From the sequence record EU719189.1: a stretch of 50,930 bases of DNA. One strand, 5' to 3'. Origin of the DNA: Clostridioides phage phiCD27. Below, one piece after another: positions 1 to 11,098 of the stretch. Position 1 is the stretch's first letter. Each line of letters opens with the position of its first letter. The notes under the pieces were generated by a model. That model made no database searches. It was given only the letters and a program-made list of their open reading frames with translations, and was not told the DNA's origin. The translations under genes were made by a program, and so were the position numbers.

Positions 1-53
1 TTGATGGAGGGTCTTTTTTAATTCCCAAAACGACAAACAAACGAGGTGGTGAT

Positions 54-755
54 GTGCAAGATGTCAAAGAAAAGGTAAAACAAGATTACATAAAAGGTAT
101 GAAACAAAAGGAAATATCAGCAAAGTATGACATTAGTTTAAACACTTTAAAGTCATGGATAAAAAGATACAATTGGGCTAGTGAGAAAAAGAAGGGTGCA
201 CCTAAAAATAAAAGAGGTGCACCCATAGGTAATAAAAATGCCACTGGTCCTCCTGGAAATAAAAATGCTGAAAAGTTTGGTTTCTTCTCAAAATATCTAC
301 CTGAAGAAACTAGGGAATTAATACAAGAAATATCTATAAAAGATAAATTTGATATTCTTTGGGAACAGATAACAATTCAATATGCAGCAATAATAAGAGC
401 ACAAAAGATAATGTATGTTAAAGACAAGGAAGAAATGATTAAGGAGTTAAAGAAACATGAAAGCACAGAAAATGGTGAGAAGATAGAGTATGAATTTCAA
501 TTTGCATGGGATAGGCAAGCATCTTTTCTTAATGCACAGAGTAGGGCTATGAGTGAGTTAAGGAGTTTAATTAAACAGTATGATGAAATGATTCATAAGG
601 ATTGGAATTTAGCTACAGAGGAGCAGAAAAATAGAGTTGAAAAGTTAAAATGTGAAGTTGATAACCTAAAGAAAAGTGATACTGGAGATGATTCAAAAAT
701 TTGGGTTGAAGCTATACAAAATATTGCAATGAAACGTGGTGTTAACAATGGATAA
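54..755 (+). CDS. terminase small subunit
   Basis: GTG start at 54 after RBS ACGAGGTGGTG. 233-aa protein with an N-terminal HTH-like segment and K/N/G-rich linker ([25 protein letters not shown]). It sits immediately upstream of, and overlaps, the large terminase gene. Confidence 0.75.
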   Translation: MQDVKEKVKQDYIKGMKQKEISAKYDISLNTLKSWIKRYNWASEKKKGAPKNKRGAPIGNKNATGPPGNKNAEKFGFFSKYLPEETRELIQEISIKDKFDILWEQITIQYAAIIRAQKIMYVKDKEEMIKELKKHESTENGEKIEYEFQFAWDRQASFLNAQSRAMSELRSLIKQYDEMIHKDWNLATEEQKNRVEKLKCEVDNLKKSDTGDDSKIWVEAIQNIAMKRGVNNG

Positions 756-2157
756 AGCTTTATTGACACTATTAGATTGTTATTGGGATAATCCTGTTTG
801 GTTTGCAGAGGATATGTTAAATTTTAAAGCTGACAAGTGGCAATCTGATGTTCTGATGGCTTTAGCTCAAACCCCAAAAGTATCTATTAGAAGTGGTCAA
901 GGAGTAGGTAAAACTGGATTAGAAAGCATTGCAACTGTATGGTATTTAAGCACTAGACCTTTTCCGAAAGTAGTTGCTACAGCTCCAACACGACAACAAT
1001 TATATGACGTACTATGGGCTGAAATAGCTAAATGGCTAAGTAATAGCAAGGTTGAGAAGCTACTTGAGTGGACTAAAACAAAAGTGTATATGAAAGGCTT
1101 TGAAGAAAGATGGTGGGCTACAGCTAGAACAGCAGTAAAGCCCGAGAATATGCAAGGTTTTCATGAAGATTATATGTTATTTGTTGTTGATGAAGCTTCG
1201 GGAGTTGCTGACCCCATTATGGAAGCTATATTGGGAACATTATCAGGTGCAGAAAATAAGCTTCTTTTATGCGGAAACCCAACTAGAACGAGTGGAACGT
1301 TTTACGATAGCCATAATAGAGACAGAGATTTATATAAAACATTTAAAGTATCTTCTTTAGACAGCCCTAGAACATCAAAAGATAATATTGAAATGCTAAA
1401 AAGAAAGTACCATGAAGGTTCTGACCCTTGGCGTGTCAGAGTACTTGGAGAGTTTCCAAAAGGTGAAAGTGATTCTTTAATATCTTTAGAAGCTGTTGAA
1501 ACAAGCACAATAAGAGAAGTGAATATATCTAATGACTATATATTAAATATAGGGGCGGATATAGCAAGATATGGTGATGATGAAACCATAATAGCTCCAA
1601 GAATAGGTGGGAAAGTATTTGATTTATTAACTTATTCAAAAAAAGATACAATGGAAACAGTAGGAAATATATTAAGAGCAGTTGATAAATTTAAAAATAT
1701 GTATCATCAAATTAACAGAGTAAAAATAAAAACGGATGATGATGGCTTAGGTGCAGGTGTAACAGATAGATTAAAAGAAGTTATAAGACATGAAAGACTT
1801 AAATATGAAGTTATACCTATTCAAAATGGTTCTAGTGCTATAGAAAAAGATAAGTACTATAATAAAGCTTCTGAAATGTGGGATAACATGAGGGAGGAAT
1901 TAGATGCAAATTTAAGTAGTTTTATACAAAATAAAGAAGCTATAATACAGCTTCCTAATGATGATAAACTTATTAAACAACTATCAAATAGAAAATATAC
2001 AGTAGATTCAAAAGGGAAAATACAAATAGAAAGTAAAAAGGAAATGAAAAAAAGAATTGGAGAATCACCCGATAGAGCTGATGCAGTAATATATTCGTTT
2101 GCAGAAAATAACAATACTGATTTATCTTTACTGAAAGGGGGTAGTGTATGGGGATAA
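736..2157 (+). CDS. terminase large subunit (PBSX XtmB-like)
   Basis: 473 aa. Walker A-like SGQGVGKT and Walker B-like [10 protein letters not shown] in the N-terminal ATPase half, with a C-terminal nuclease half. Position between terS and portal. Confidence 0.9.
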   Translation: MVLTMDKALLTLLDCYWDNPVWFAEDMLNFKADKWQSDVLMALAQTPKVSIRSGQGVGKTGLESIATVWYLSTRPFPKVVATAPTRQQLYDVLWAEIAKWLSNSKVEKLLEWTKTKVYMKGFEERWWATARTAVKPENMQGFHEDYMLFVVDEASGVADPIMEAILGTLSGAENKLLLCGNPTRTSGTFYDSHNRDRDLYKTFKVSSLDSPRTSKDNIEMLKRKYHEGSDPWRVRVLGEFPKGESDSLISLEAVETSTIREVNISNDYILNIGADIARYGDDETIIAPRIGGKVFDLLTYSKKDTMETVGNILRAVDKFKNMYHQINRVKIKTDDDGLGAGVTDRLKEVIRHERLKYEVIPIQNGSSAIEKDKYYNKASEMWDNMREELDANLSSFIQNKEAIIQLPNDDKLIKQLSNRKYTVDSKGKIQIESKKEMKKRIGESPDRADAVIYSFAENNNTDLSLLKGGSVWG

Positions 2158-3650
2158 TATCTTATGTAAAAAAGCTATTTAAAAGACCTGCAGGAGAGAT
2201 TATGCGTATGTCTAGTGGAAACATTGGCGTATATAAATTAGACGATTCTAGAGTTGATTATGAGTTAGCAAGAGAACTGTATCAAAATAAAAATGCTAAT
2301 TACAAGTTAGGTTCTAGTTTTGTTAGACCGATTGTCAATTCAACAACTGGTTTTATGGGTGTACCTCATTTTCAAATAGAAGATGAAGAAGCTCAATATA
2401 TATTAGATGAATTTGTTTTAGATAACACATCTAAAATGTTAAAAACACATACAGATAGTTTAAAGCAAGGTGATTGTTATATTTGGATAACTAGAGAAGA
2501 AAGAGAAAATCCTTTATATCCCGATAAAAAAGTTAGATTAATATATAACTTCATATCACCCGAAGAAGTGAAAGAAATAATATTAGACCCTACAACAAAA
2601 GAGCCTATAGCTTATATATTAGAAAGTCAAAATGAATGGACTGACTTAGGAGAAAACAAGAGAAAGGCTAAGGTAAAACAAATAATAACTGCTGAAAGTA
2701 GATTTGTTGAGGTTGAAGGTGATAAGATAGAAGGTTTAGAAGAAGGGGAAACGCCTAATGTATGGGGTTTTATACCAATAATACATTTTAAAAATGAAGC
2801 TGATGAAACATTGAAATATGGGCAAAGTGATATAGAACCAATAGAACCTCTTTTAAAAGCTTATCATGATGTTATGTTACATGCGTTAAAAGGTAGCAAA
2901 ATGCACTCTACTCCAAAACTAAAGTTGAAATTAACTGATGTTGCAAGTTTTTTAGCACACAATTTTGGTGTTGAAGACCCAGTTAAATTTGCCAAAGAAG
3001 GTGGAAAGATAAATCTTGATGGGCATGAAATACTATTCTTAAACAAAGATGAAGAAGCTGAGTTTGTAGAAGTAAAATCAGCCATAGGTGATGCTAAGGA
3101 GCTTTTAAAGCTTCTTTTTTATTGCATAGTAGATGTATCTGAAACACCCGAGTTTATATTTGGAGTACATACACCTAGTGCTTTAGCTTCTGTAAAAGAA
3201 CAAATGCCTATTATGGTAAATAAGATAAGAAGAAAAAGAGAACAATTTACAAATAGCTGGCAATTACTTGCAAGAATGGTTTTAATAATGAGTTCTAATT
3301 CTAGTGGTATGAAATATTCATCTTATGATGTGACTATAGGTTGGGATGAAGTAAATCCACGAGATGATAAAGAATTAGCTGAAACACTAGAAAAAGTATG
3401 TAGTGCATTAGATAAAGCTTTAGAGGGTGGATTTATTAGTGAAGAATCAACAGTAAACTTTTTAGCACAGTATATAGATACAATGAGCAATTATATAAGT
3501 GATGACCCTGAAATAGTTGGAGAAAGAGAAAAGATAATAAAAACCAAGATGTTAAAATACAGATTAGATGACTCTCAAGGTTTAAATGATGAGTCAAATG
3601 AAATTGAGAAGGAAATAAATAAAATAAAGGATAATAATGGCAATGGATAA
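2148..3650 (+). CDS. portal protein
   Basis: 500 aa, directly follows and overlaps terL, precedes the head morphogenesis gene. Size and order typical of SPP1/PBSX-type portals. Confidence 0.8.
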   Translation: MGIISYVKKLFKRPAGEIMRMSSGNIGVYKLDDSRVDYELARELYQNKNANYKLGSSFVRPIVNSTTGFMGVPHFQIEDEEAQYILDEFVLDNTSKMLKTHTDSLKQGDCYIWITREERENPLYPDKKVRLIYNFISPEEVKEIILDPTTKEPIAYILESQNEWTDLGENKRKAKVKQIITAESRFVEVEGDKIEGLEEGETPNVWGFIPIIHFKNEADETLKYGQSDIEPIEPLLKAYHDVMLHALKGSKMHSTPKLKLKLTDVASFLAHNFGVEDPVKFAKEGGKINLDGHEILFLNKDEEAEFVEVKSAIGDAKELLKLLFYCIVDVSETPEFIFGVHTPSALASVKEQMPIMVNKIRRKREQFTNSWQLLARMVLIMSSNSSGMKYSSYDVTIGWDEVNPRDDKELAETLEKVCSALDKALEGGFISEESTVNFLAQYIDTMSNYISDDPEIVGEREKIIKTKMLKYRLDDSQGLNDESNEIEKEINKIKDNNGNG

Positions 3651-4650
3651 AAGTACTTCGGAATTAATAACTGTTGCAGGGGAGTACAAGAAATGGGCAT
3701 TAGAAGCTAGAAAAAAATTTATAGATTTAAGGCTCAAGCAAGATGATGAAATAAGAACAATGTATATTAACATAACAAGAAATATTACAAAAGAAATAAG
3801 AAAAGGAAATCTTTCAGACTTTAACAAAGTTAGGTTAAAACAGATACTAAAACAATTAACACAAGAAATAAAAATATTAAATGAACAACTAGTATTTAAT
3901 TTTGATGAATACTTAAATAAAAATGTTGAAACAGCTACTAGTTACTCTAAAAATATTTTAATTAATGCAGTTGAGACAGCTCAAATAACTAAAGTAACTA
4001 AAACTATGATACAAAAAGCTTTCTATGATATTAATATAAGAACTGTAGAAGCTTATTATACAAGGGTTAAGGATGGTTTATTTTTATCTGATAGAATTTG
4101 GTCTAAGTGTAAGAAGTACAGAGAAGATATGAAAGTTATATTACAAACAGCAGTAACAGAAGGTCAAGACTGTGTTAAAACAGCTAAGATGTTAGACAAA
4201 TATGTTTTAAAAGGTAAGAAAACTTTAGTTGATGAATATCCAAATATGATAAAAAGAATAGGAAATAGAGTACCTCAAAATATAAGTTATGAAGCTTTAA
4301 GATTGGCAAGAACTGAAATGACATCAGCTTATGGTGATGGGGTTTTAGCTTCTGCAATGATTAACCCTGCAACCATAGGTATTCAGTTTATGTTGTCCAT
4401 GGCACATCCTCACACAGATATATGTGACGAAATATGTGGAGAGGATAATTTTGGTTTGGGTAAAGGTGTTTATCCTATAAATGAAGCTCCTGTATATCCA
4501 TTCCACCCTCATTGTTTGTGTATTATGCTTACTGTAGTTCAACCATTAGATATATTAGTTGGAAGGTTGAAAAATTGGATTAAAAATCCTATGAATGATG
4601 TACCTCTTGAAATGTGGTATCAAGAGGTGTATGGAAATTTGAATTTTTAA
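3637..4650 (+). CDS. head morphogenesis protein (Mu F / SPP1 gp7-like)
   Basis: 337 aa immediately after portal. C-terminal conserved HPHCLC segment and overall layout typical of the Phage_Mu_F family. Confidence 0.7.
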   Translation: MAMDKSTSELITVAGEYKKWALEARKKFIDLRLKQDDEIRTMYINITRNITKEIRKGNLSDFNKVRLKQILKQLTQEIKILNEQLVFNFDEYLNKNVETATSYSKNILINAVETAQITKVTKTMIQKAFYDINIRTVEAYYTRVKDGLFLSDRIWSKCKKYREDMKVILQTAVTEGQDCVKTAKMLDKYVLKGKKTLVDEYPNMIKRIGNRVPQNISYEALRLARTEMTSAYGDGVLASAMINPATIGIQFMLSMAHPHTDICDEICGEDNFGLGKGVYPINEAPVYPFHPHCLCIMLTVVQPLDILVGRLKNWIKNPMNDVPLEMWYQEVYGNLNF

Positions 4651-4669
4651 ATTGAAAGGTGGTGATTAA

Positions 4670-6004
4670 ATGAATGTAATAACTGGAGAAATGGACTCAA
4701 TGAATGCGTTAATATCTAGTATAAAACCTTCTGATATTCCTTTAGCTAAAGATATAGACATAGAAGCTTTAAAATCTATAGATGATGACCCTCTTGAGGT
4801 AGTTGTTGAGATACCAGCTACAAAATCTAAAAGGGGATGGAATTATACTGCTAAAAGCTTGAAAGATATTGTAGATTACACTAATGAAAATACTCTTAAT
4901 GGCTTTTTAGGACATCAAAAAGCTGAAAATATATCAACTGAATTTGCACTACCTGTAACGCATTGGATAGGTGCAGAAATGAAAGGGGATAAAGCTTATT
5001 TCAGAGGGCTGATTGATGCTGATGCAACAAATTTAAAAAGATGGATTAGAACTAAAAGGATAAAAGAAGTTAGTATATTTGGTTATCCAAAACTTAAAAA
5101 GAGTGCTAAAGGCGAAATGAATGTTATAGGATATGAGCCACTATCTATTGATTGGACTCCTCTACATAGACCAGGTATGCCAACAAGTATTGTAGGTATG
5201 GAAATGAGTCCTAATGGCGAACAGTTAGATGGAACTTTTGAAGCTTTAAGAATAGATTTAAGAGAAGCTTTAAAAGCTAAGTTTTCTATTAATGATAATA
5301 ATTCATATCTCTATATACAAAACATAAGATATGATAACAATACTGTCATATATGAGTTGGAGCAAAATGGATTATGCAAGCTTTATAGTATACCATTTAC
5401 TATAGTTGAAAATAAAATAAATCTAGGTGAAGAAATTGAAGTAATAAAGAAAATAAGCTATGAAGCTAAAGGAGAAATGAAAGGAGAGGAAAACAAATTG
5501 GAAGGAAAAGAGTTAATAAAAAATGTCAAAGGATTACTGCAAACTGGTGAAATATCATATTCAGAGGTCATACAAGGAATAGGCTTAACTAAGGAAATTG
5601 TGACAGGAGAGATGGAAGATGTAAAAAGTTCATTAAAAGCAGAAAAAGAATTAAGAGAAGTGAAAAAAGTACTTGGAATAGTAGGAGAGATGGACACAGT
5701 TGAAGTGGCAAAAAAGGCTTCAAAAGCTTTAGAAAATGAGAAAAAGGAAGCTTGGAACTGTATAGTTAATAAAGTAATTAAAGATAAAGTGTCAGGTGAA
5801 ATAGCTCAAACATTAGTTAAGAAAATGTTAAATGTTGAGGAAGGCTCAAGTGAAGAAGTAATAACAGGAGAAATAGAAAATATATTAAATGATGAGTTTG
5901 TAAAAAATACAATGTCTAATATGTATAAAGATAATCCAACAACAACAGGATTATTAAACTCTAGCAATAATGGAAGTTTAACAACTAAGAAAAATAGAAT
6001 ATAA
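4670..6004 (+). CDS. scaffolding protein, possibly XkdF-like prohead protease/scaffold fusion
   Basis: 444 aa between head morphogenesis and capsid genes. N-terminal globular part, then repeated GEM motifs and a charged coiled-coil C-terminal half typical of scaffolds. Confidence 0.5.
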   Translation: MNVITGEMDSMNALISSIKPSDIPLAKDIDIEALKSIDDDPLEVVVEIPATKSKRGWNYTAKSLKDIVDYTNENTLNGFLGHQKAENISTEFALPVTHWIGAEMKGDKAYFRGLIDADATNLKRWIRTKRIKEVSIFGYPKLKKSAKGEMNVIGYEPLSIDWTPLHRPGMPTSIVGMEMSPNGEQLDGTFEALRIDLREALKAKFSINDNNSYLYIQNIRYDNNTVIYELEQNGLCKLYSIPFTIVENKINLGEEIEVIKKISYEAKGEMKGEENKLEGKELIKNVKGLLQTGEISYSEVIQGIGLTKEIVTGEMEDVKSSLKAEKELREVKKVLGIVGEMDTVEVAKKASKALENEKKEAWNCIVNKVIKDKVSGEIAQTLVKKMLNVEEGSSEEVITGEIENILNDEFVKNTMSNMYKDNPTTTGLLNSSNNGSLTTKKNRI

Positions 6005-6019
6005 AGGAGTGATGTTTAT

Positions 6020-6403
6020 ATGGCATTTAAAGGTCAACCAACGCCAAGCACAATAACACAGATAACAAGAGCAAAAATAAGTGATGGGAAATCTGTAAGA
6101 GTTATTCTTTCAGAAGGTGAAAGCACTAAAACACAACAATTTTATCTTATAAATGGATTCTTTGGAGTCGCTATGCAAGACGGAGAAAAAGGCGATGAAG
6201 TTACTTTGCAAATAGAGCAAGCTGAATACGAAACGGATAATATTGTTACATCAGAAGCTTTTGAGGCAGGGAAATTGATTTATTGGGATAATACAGCTAA
6301 GAAATTTACTACTACATCTGCAAGTAATAGGCTAGTTGGTAGAGTAACAGATGGGAAAGACAGTAATAATGTAATTTGGTTTATATTATTACCTCAACAA
6401 TAG
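6020..6403 (+). CDS. small head-associated protein (possible decoration protein)
   Basis: 127 aa with strong RBS AAGGAGTGA, located directly upstream of the major capsid gene. Confidence 0.35.
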   Translation: MAFKGQPTPSTITQITRAKISDGKSVRVILSEGESTKTQQFYLINGFFGVAMQDGEKGDEVTLQIEQAEYETDNIVTSEAFEAGKLIYWDNTAKKFTTTSASNRLVGRVTDGKDSNNVIWFILLPQQ

Positions 6404-6421
6404 AAAAGGAGTGATAAATAT

Positions 6422-7459
6422 ATGGCATTTAAAGTAATTAGTCAGGAAAATTTGCTGGAACAAAAAAGAAAAGAAACTTTACAAGAAGATATACCATTTA
6501 TAGTAAATGGTGAAATGGAATATGTAACAAAGAAAATATCAAATGGAGAAATGGAAACCTTGGAGTTAAATAAGCCACTTGGTGAAATGATGACTTTTAG
6601 CTCGACTTCAAATTTAAAAGAGTTATTAAGAAAAGTTGTATTAGATGTTGAACTAGGCAGAGAGCAAGTACAACTATTATATAAACCAATCTATGACAGT
6701 ATAGCAGATTCTAATTTACCACAAGTTATGGATGCTAAGTGGGCTTTACAAGGTAACTGTGTATTCCTAGAGCATATAGAAGGTGAAGAAATTAAATTCG
6801 GTACAATAAATGCAGAAAATGGTCCAGTTGCAAGGATACAAACTTATGCAACTGGTTTTGAGTATACAAAAGAAATGAAGGATTTTAACCAAACATTTAG
6901 TGTTGAAATATTAAATAAATCAATTGGTGAGAGTTACAATGCCTTGTTAAACCACATACATCTAAGCCCAATAATAAATTTTAATTATAAAGCTTCTAAT
7001 AAGACAGCTTTTAAAGGTGAAACTAATGACCCAATATGGCTAGGAATTTGGAGAACATTAACACAAGCACAAAAAGATACAGTTATAGCAAAAAGACAAG
7101 GTAATATATTAATGGCTTCTAGTGCTGACCAAATTGAAATAGAAATGGCGTTAAATGGAGGACATTTATTAAACGGAAGCATGTATCCATCTATAAAAAA
7201 TATATCAACAGTAATTTATTATGATGGGTGGGAGGTTACTGTTGGTAAAAAAACATATTCTTACAAAGGTGTTACACCAGGCAAAGGATATTTGATAAGA
7301 CCTAAGCGAGGATTTAAAGAGTTAATAAAGAGAGATTTAACAACAGAGGTTGGAAATGCTGATTTAAGTAAGTTAGTAGAAAATCAAATTGTAGGTCATT
7401 GTTATAGAGGTGCTTTTGCAGCAGTAGAAGAAAATGTACAAGAAATAAGTTTTAGATAA
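6422..7459 (+). CDS. major capsid protein
   Basis: 345 aa, RBS AAAGGAGTGA. Followed by a strong intrinsic terminator, typical of the highly expressed capsid gene. Position after scaffold. Confidence 0.75.
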   Translation: MAFKVISQENLLEQKRKETLQEDIPFIVNGEMEYVTKKISNGEMETLELNKPLGEMMTFSSTSNLKELLRKVVLDVELGREQVQLLYKPIYDSIADSNLPQVMDAKWALQGNCVFLEHIEGEEIKFGTINAENGPVARIQTYATGFEYTKEMKDFNQTFSVEILNKSIGESYNALLNHIHLSPIINFNYKASNKTAFKGETNDPIWLGIWRTLTQAQKDTVIAKRQGNILMASSADQIEIEMALNGGHLLNGSMYPSIKNISTVIYYDGWEVTVGKKTYSYKGVTPGKGYLIRPKRGFKELIKRDLTTEVGNADLSKLVENQIVGHCYRGAFAAVEENVQEISFR

Positions 7460-7485
7460 AACACTCATAAGAGTGTTATTTTTAT
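7460..7485 (+). terminator. intrinsic terminator after major capsid gene
   Basis: AACACTC-ATAA-GAGTGTT hairpin followed by ATTTTTAT. Confidence 0.7.
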
Positions 7486-7498
7486 GAGGTGATAATAT

Positions 7499-7837
7499 AT
7501 GACACCAACTAGTAATTTAATAGAAAAATTAAGACTATTATTAAATGATAAAGATAAAAAATCATTTACAGATGAAGAATTAAACTTGTTTTTAGAAGAA
7601 GCAGACTGTATTTACTGTGCAGCTTCTCAAGGATGGGTATTAAAATCTTTACAATATGAAAATACAGTAGGGGAAATGTATGAGTATAAAGTGGGTCAAG
7701 AAACATATAAAAGCTCTAGTATAAAGGACCTAGTATCTGTAGCTTATCAAAATGCAGAGAAATTCAAGGATATGTGTACTAACAAAAAAGAAAAGGGAAG
7801 TTTTATGTTAGGAATTAGCACAGAATTTGAAATATGA
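7499..7837 (+). CDS. head-tail connector (gp6-like DNA packaging protein)
   Basis: 112 aa. N-terminal LIEKLRLLLNDKDKKSFTDEELNLFLEEA resembles phage gp6-like head-tail connector proteins. First gene after capsid. Confidence 0.55.
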   Translation: MTPTSNLIEKLRLLLNDKDKKSFTDEELNLFLEEADCIYCAASQGWVLKSLQYENTVGEMYEYKVGQETYKSSSIKDLVSVAYQNAEKFKDMCTNKKEKGSFMLGISTEFEI

Positions 7838-8211
7838 TAAATATTGATAGAAGAAGAAAAGACATAATAAGAACTATTAATATGAACCCTACCAATATTA
7901 CTATAACTAATATTAAAAAAACTGAAATAGATGGAGCTTTTGAAGAAACTGAAACAGAGATAAAATGTGTTGTTAGAATATTTAATGAAAAGACAGCAGA
8001 GAAACAAATATCAAGTGAAAAGCAAGGTACTTTTAGTTCTATTAGAACATATGGAATGTTAGTAAGTGATGATGTTGTCTTAGATGTTAACAGTAGAGAT
8101 TCTTTGGAGTTTGAGTGCATATATGGGAGAATGAAAATAGTTAATGTATATCCTCAAATTGTAAAAGGAGAACTTTGTGGGTATCAATGTTCACTTGAAA
8201 GGATTGATTAA
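7834..8211 (+). CDS. head-tail adaptor/neck protein
   Basis: 125 aa, translationally coupled to neighbours in the connector gene block. Confidence 0.45.
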   Translation: MINIDRRRKDIIRTINMNPTNITITNIKKTEIDGAFEETETEIKCVVRIFNEKTAEKQISSEKQGTFSSIRTYGMLVSDDVVLDVNSRDSLEFECIYGRMKIVNVYPQIVKGELCGYQCSLERID

Positions 8212-8623
8212 AATGAGTGCTTTCACAAATGCAATAAATGATATAAATAGAAAAAAAGCAGGTATGTTTGTACTTTGTATGAGTGCAAGTGCAATGCTAG
8301 AAGGTGAAGCTAAAGCAAATGCAAGTTGGACAGACAGAACATCACATGCAAGACAAAGTTTAAATGCTAAAACTCTTGGAGGAGGAAATAATTTCATTAT
8401 TAGATTATCGCATGGTGCAGAATATGGAGGAATACTTGAAGAAGGTTCAAAACCACATGTTATTACTCCAAAATCAGCTCAAGCTTTATACTGGAGAGGT
8501 GCTTCACATCCTGTAAAATCAGTTCAACATCCTGGTACAAAAGCAATGCCTATTATAAAACCAACTATTGATAAAAATATAGGCAAAATAGGTAATATGA
8601 TTTTTAGATATTGGAGTGATTAA
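8177..8623 (+). CDS. neck protein (HK97 gp10-like)
   Basis: 148 aa in the connector block between capsid and sheath. Confidence 0.45.
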   Translation: MGINVHLKGLIKMSAFTNAINDINRKKAGMFVLCMSASAMLEGEAKANASWTDRTSHARQSLNAKTLGGGNNFIIRLSHGAEYGGILEEGSKPHVITPKSAQALYWRGASHPVKSVQHPGTKAMPIIKPTIDKNIGKIGNMIFRYWSD

Positions 8624-9445
8624 ATGAGGGCAGGAATAAGAAAAGCTTTAATAGATAATATAAAAGAATTGAAAGGTTGTTATGAACCTAATGTACCAAA
8701 CAAAGATACTAAAAAGCCTTATATGGTAGTTGTACAAGGGCAAGACAATGACAATGGAGAAACGATAGGTTTTGAAAGAAGTATAGAAGTATGGATTTAT
8801 GAAGGTAGAACTACATTTAAGAAGTTAGATAAATTAACTAAACAAGTTATTGAAATCTTAGACATGAATACTATAGTTGATGAATCTGAAAATGAAGCTT
8901 TCACTTGCATTTATAAAGGGACAAGTGAAAATGATATTGTTGTTGAGGAATGGGATGCTATAGCAAGAGGTATAAGGTTTAGTGTAATAGCTTTAGAAGA
9001 TAAAGAAGATGCAACTAGCGATAGATGGGTAGAAGCTTTATCAAAGTACACAAAAGATTTATTAGAAATTGAGAGTTATAAAGATAATTGGAAGAAAAAC
9101 TTTATAGCTCCATGCGCATTATGGCGAACTACAAATGTTGAAAACAAAAGAATAAATTATCATTTGATTGAGATTACCAAAACTATGAAATGTCATGTTG
9201 TAAGTAAAAATAAGGATGAAATAGTTAAGTTTCTTGAAGCATTAGAAACAAGTTTAATAATAGATAAAAGAGTAAGACTTAGAGAGGATAAGAATATGTA
9301 TTTAACTCTTGTTAGCGTAGTTGAGGATAGGGAATCAGACATGTTTACAACAGGACAATTAACAGTTGTGTTCAAAATGATAGGTAAGATAAAAAGAGAA
9401 GGTCCTATTATGGATAAAATTTATAGTAATGGAAATTTAAAATAG
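8624..9445 (+). CDS. tail completion/neck protein
   Basis: 273 aa. Start overlaps the previous stop (TAAATG). Precedes the sheath gene. Confidence 0.4.
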   Translation: MRAGIRKALIDNIKELKGCYEPNVPNKDTKKPYMVVVQGQDNDNGETIGFERSIEVWIYEGRTTFKKLDKLTKQVIEILDMNTIVDESENEAFTCIYKGTSENDIVVEEWDAIARGIRFSVIALEDKEDATSDRWVEALSKYTKDLLEIESYKDNWKKNFIAPCALWRTTNVENKRINYHLIEITKTMKCHVVSKNKDEIVKFLEALETSLIIDKRVRLREDKNMYLTLVSVVEDRESDMFTTGQLTVVFKMIGKIKREGPIMDKIYSNGNLK

Positions 9446-9457
9446 GAGGTGTAAGGG

Positions 9458-9661
9458 TTGGCTGAAACAATTAATAAAAAGACTAATGTAAGTAAGCAGG
9501 AAGAAAAATATTTGAAAAATGATTTCTTAAAAAATAGTGAAGCACTTGGCTACGAAAAAATGGTAGTTGCAGGTGCTTTATTTAATTGTAAGAAAGAAGA
9601 ACTTACAAAATCAGAGTTTGAGAAATTAATAAAAGATTTTTTAGAAAGAGAGGTGAAGTAA
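9458..9661 (+). CDS. hypothetical small protein
   Basis: 67 aa, RBS GGAGGTG, between neck and sheath genes. Confidence 0.4.
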   Translation: MAETINKKTNVSKQEEKYLKNDFLKNSEALGYEKMVVAGALFNCKKEELTKSEFEKLIKDFLEREVK

Positions 9662-9662
9662 A

Positions 9663-11084
9663 ATGGCAACTGGTACATGGAATGAAAAAGAAAAAAAGGA
9701 GATACCGGGCTTTTATAACAGATTCAAAACACAAGCAGAAAAGTCTGCAAACACAGGATTAAAGGGTAGATTAGCAATACCAGTTAAGGCTAATTGGGGA
9801 GAAGTTGGCAAGGTTGTAACAATAAAAAATGACTTGAGACAGCTTAAAACTTTGTTTGGTGATGATATGAACTATTCAGCGTATAAGTTAGGTAAATTAG
9901 CTTTATTAGGAAATGTAAAAGAGCTGTTATTATATAGGCTTGTAGATGGAAAACAAAAGAAGGGTACATTAACACTAAAAGATACTACAGAGAATAGTGC
10001 AAAAGATGTAATTAAGCTAGAAACTAAGTACCCAACAGCTAGAAACTTTAATGTAACAATAAAATCTAATTTAGTTGATGCAGATAAAAAGGACTTTATA
10101 TTCTTTGAAAATACTAAACAGTTATTTAGTTCAAGTATTAAAGGCACTATAGATGAAATAGTACTAGAAATAAACTCAAATTTAGATAATGAATATGTAA
10201 TTGCAACTAAAGTAGCTGATAGTGATACAACACTAGCAAACTTAGTAAATGTAGCACTTGAAGGTGGTAATGATGGTTGCGCATCTATTACTAATGAGTC
10301 TTATTTAAAAGCTTTAGAAGAATTTGAAAGATATAGTTTTGATAGCTTTGCACTTGATGGTGTGGCTGATGAAGCATTGCAGGAAACTACAAAAGCTTGG
10401 GTAGCTAAAAATAAAGAATTAGGAAAAGATATACTACTTTTTCTAGGTGGAAAAACAGAGGATAATATAAAACAAATTAATGATAAATCGAAAGGTTTTA
10501 ATGATGAAAATATAGTTAATGTTGGGAGCTCAGCTTATTATGAGGGAATAAAATATACACCTAGTGAAGTAGCTGTTTATATAGGAGCATTAGCAGTAAG
10601 CAAAGGTATAACAGGAAGTATATGTAATGCTAAGACTATATTTGAAGAAGTAGAACCACGATTAAGCCAATCAGAAGTTAAAGAGTGTTTGAAAAGTGGT
10701 ACATTGGTCTTAGATTTTGATGATGGAGACGTGATTATAGTTGATGATGTGAACACATTTAAAAAATATGTAGATGATAAAAACGAAGCAATGGGATATA
10801 TCTCTAATATTATGTTTATTAATACTATAAATAAAGATACTTCATTAAAAAGAAAAGAGTTTGTAGGTAAGATATTTAATGATGCAACAGGTCAAACAAC
10901 TGTTATATGTGCATTGAAGAAATATTTTGAAGAATTAATGAGTCAAGGTATTATATCAGAGTTTAATGTTGATATAGATACAGAACTTCAAGCAACTGCC
11001 AAAGCAGATGAATTTTATTGGAAATGGGATGCTGTTAAGGTTGATGTAATGAAGAAAATTTATGGTACTGGATACCTAGGATAA
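9663..11084 (+). CDS. tail sheath protein (XkdK-like)
   Basis: 473 aa, size and position match PBSX XkdK-type sheath proteins. Followed by a 140-aa tube protein. Confidence 0.85.
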   Translation: MATGTWNEKEKKEIPGFYNRFKTQAEKSANTGLKGRLAIPVKANWGEVGKVVTIKNDLRQLKTLFGDDMNYSAYKLGKLALLGNVKELLLYRLVDGKQKKGTLTLKDTTENSAKDVIKLETKYPTARNFNVTIKSNLVDADKKDFIFFENTKQLFSSSIKGTIDEIVLEINSNLDNEYVIATKVADSDTTLANLVNVALEGGNDGCASITNESYLKALEEFERYSFDSFALDGVADEALQETTKAWVAKNKELGKDILLFLGGKTEDNIKQINDKSKGFNDENIVNVGSSAYYEGIKYTPSEVAVYIGALAVSKGITGSICNAKTIFEEVEPRLSQSEVKECLKSGTLVLDFDDGDVIIVDDVNTFKKYVDDKNEAMGYISNIMFINTINKDTSLKRKEFVGKIFNDATGQTTVICALKKYFEELMSQGIISEFNVDIDTELQATAKADEFYWKWDAVKVDVMKKIYGTGYLG

Positions 11085-11098
11085 GGAGGTTATAAAGT

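Noticed and set aside
1-53. A terminator or pac signal in the first 50 bp (GGAGGGTCTTTTTTAATT), and a possible hairpin spanning the end-to-start junction of the window.
   Set aside because: Only 3-4 bp of complementarity (GAC/GTC) is available, so no convincing stem exists. The T-run alone is insufficient.
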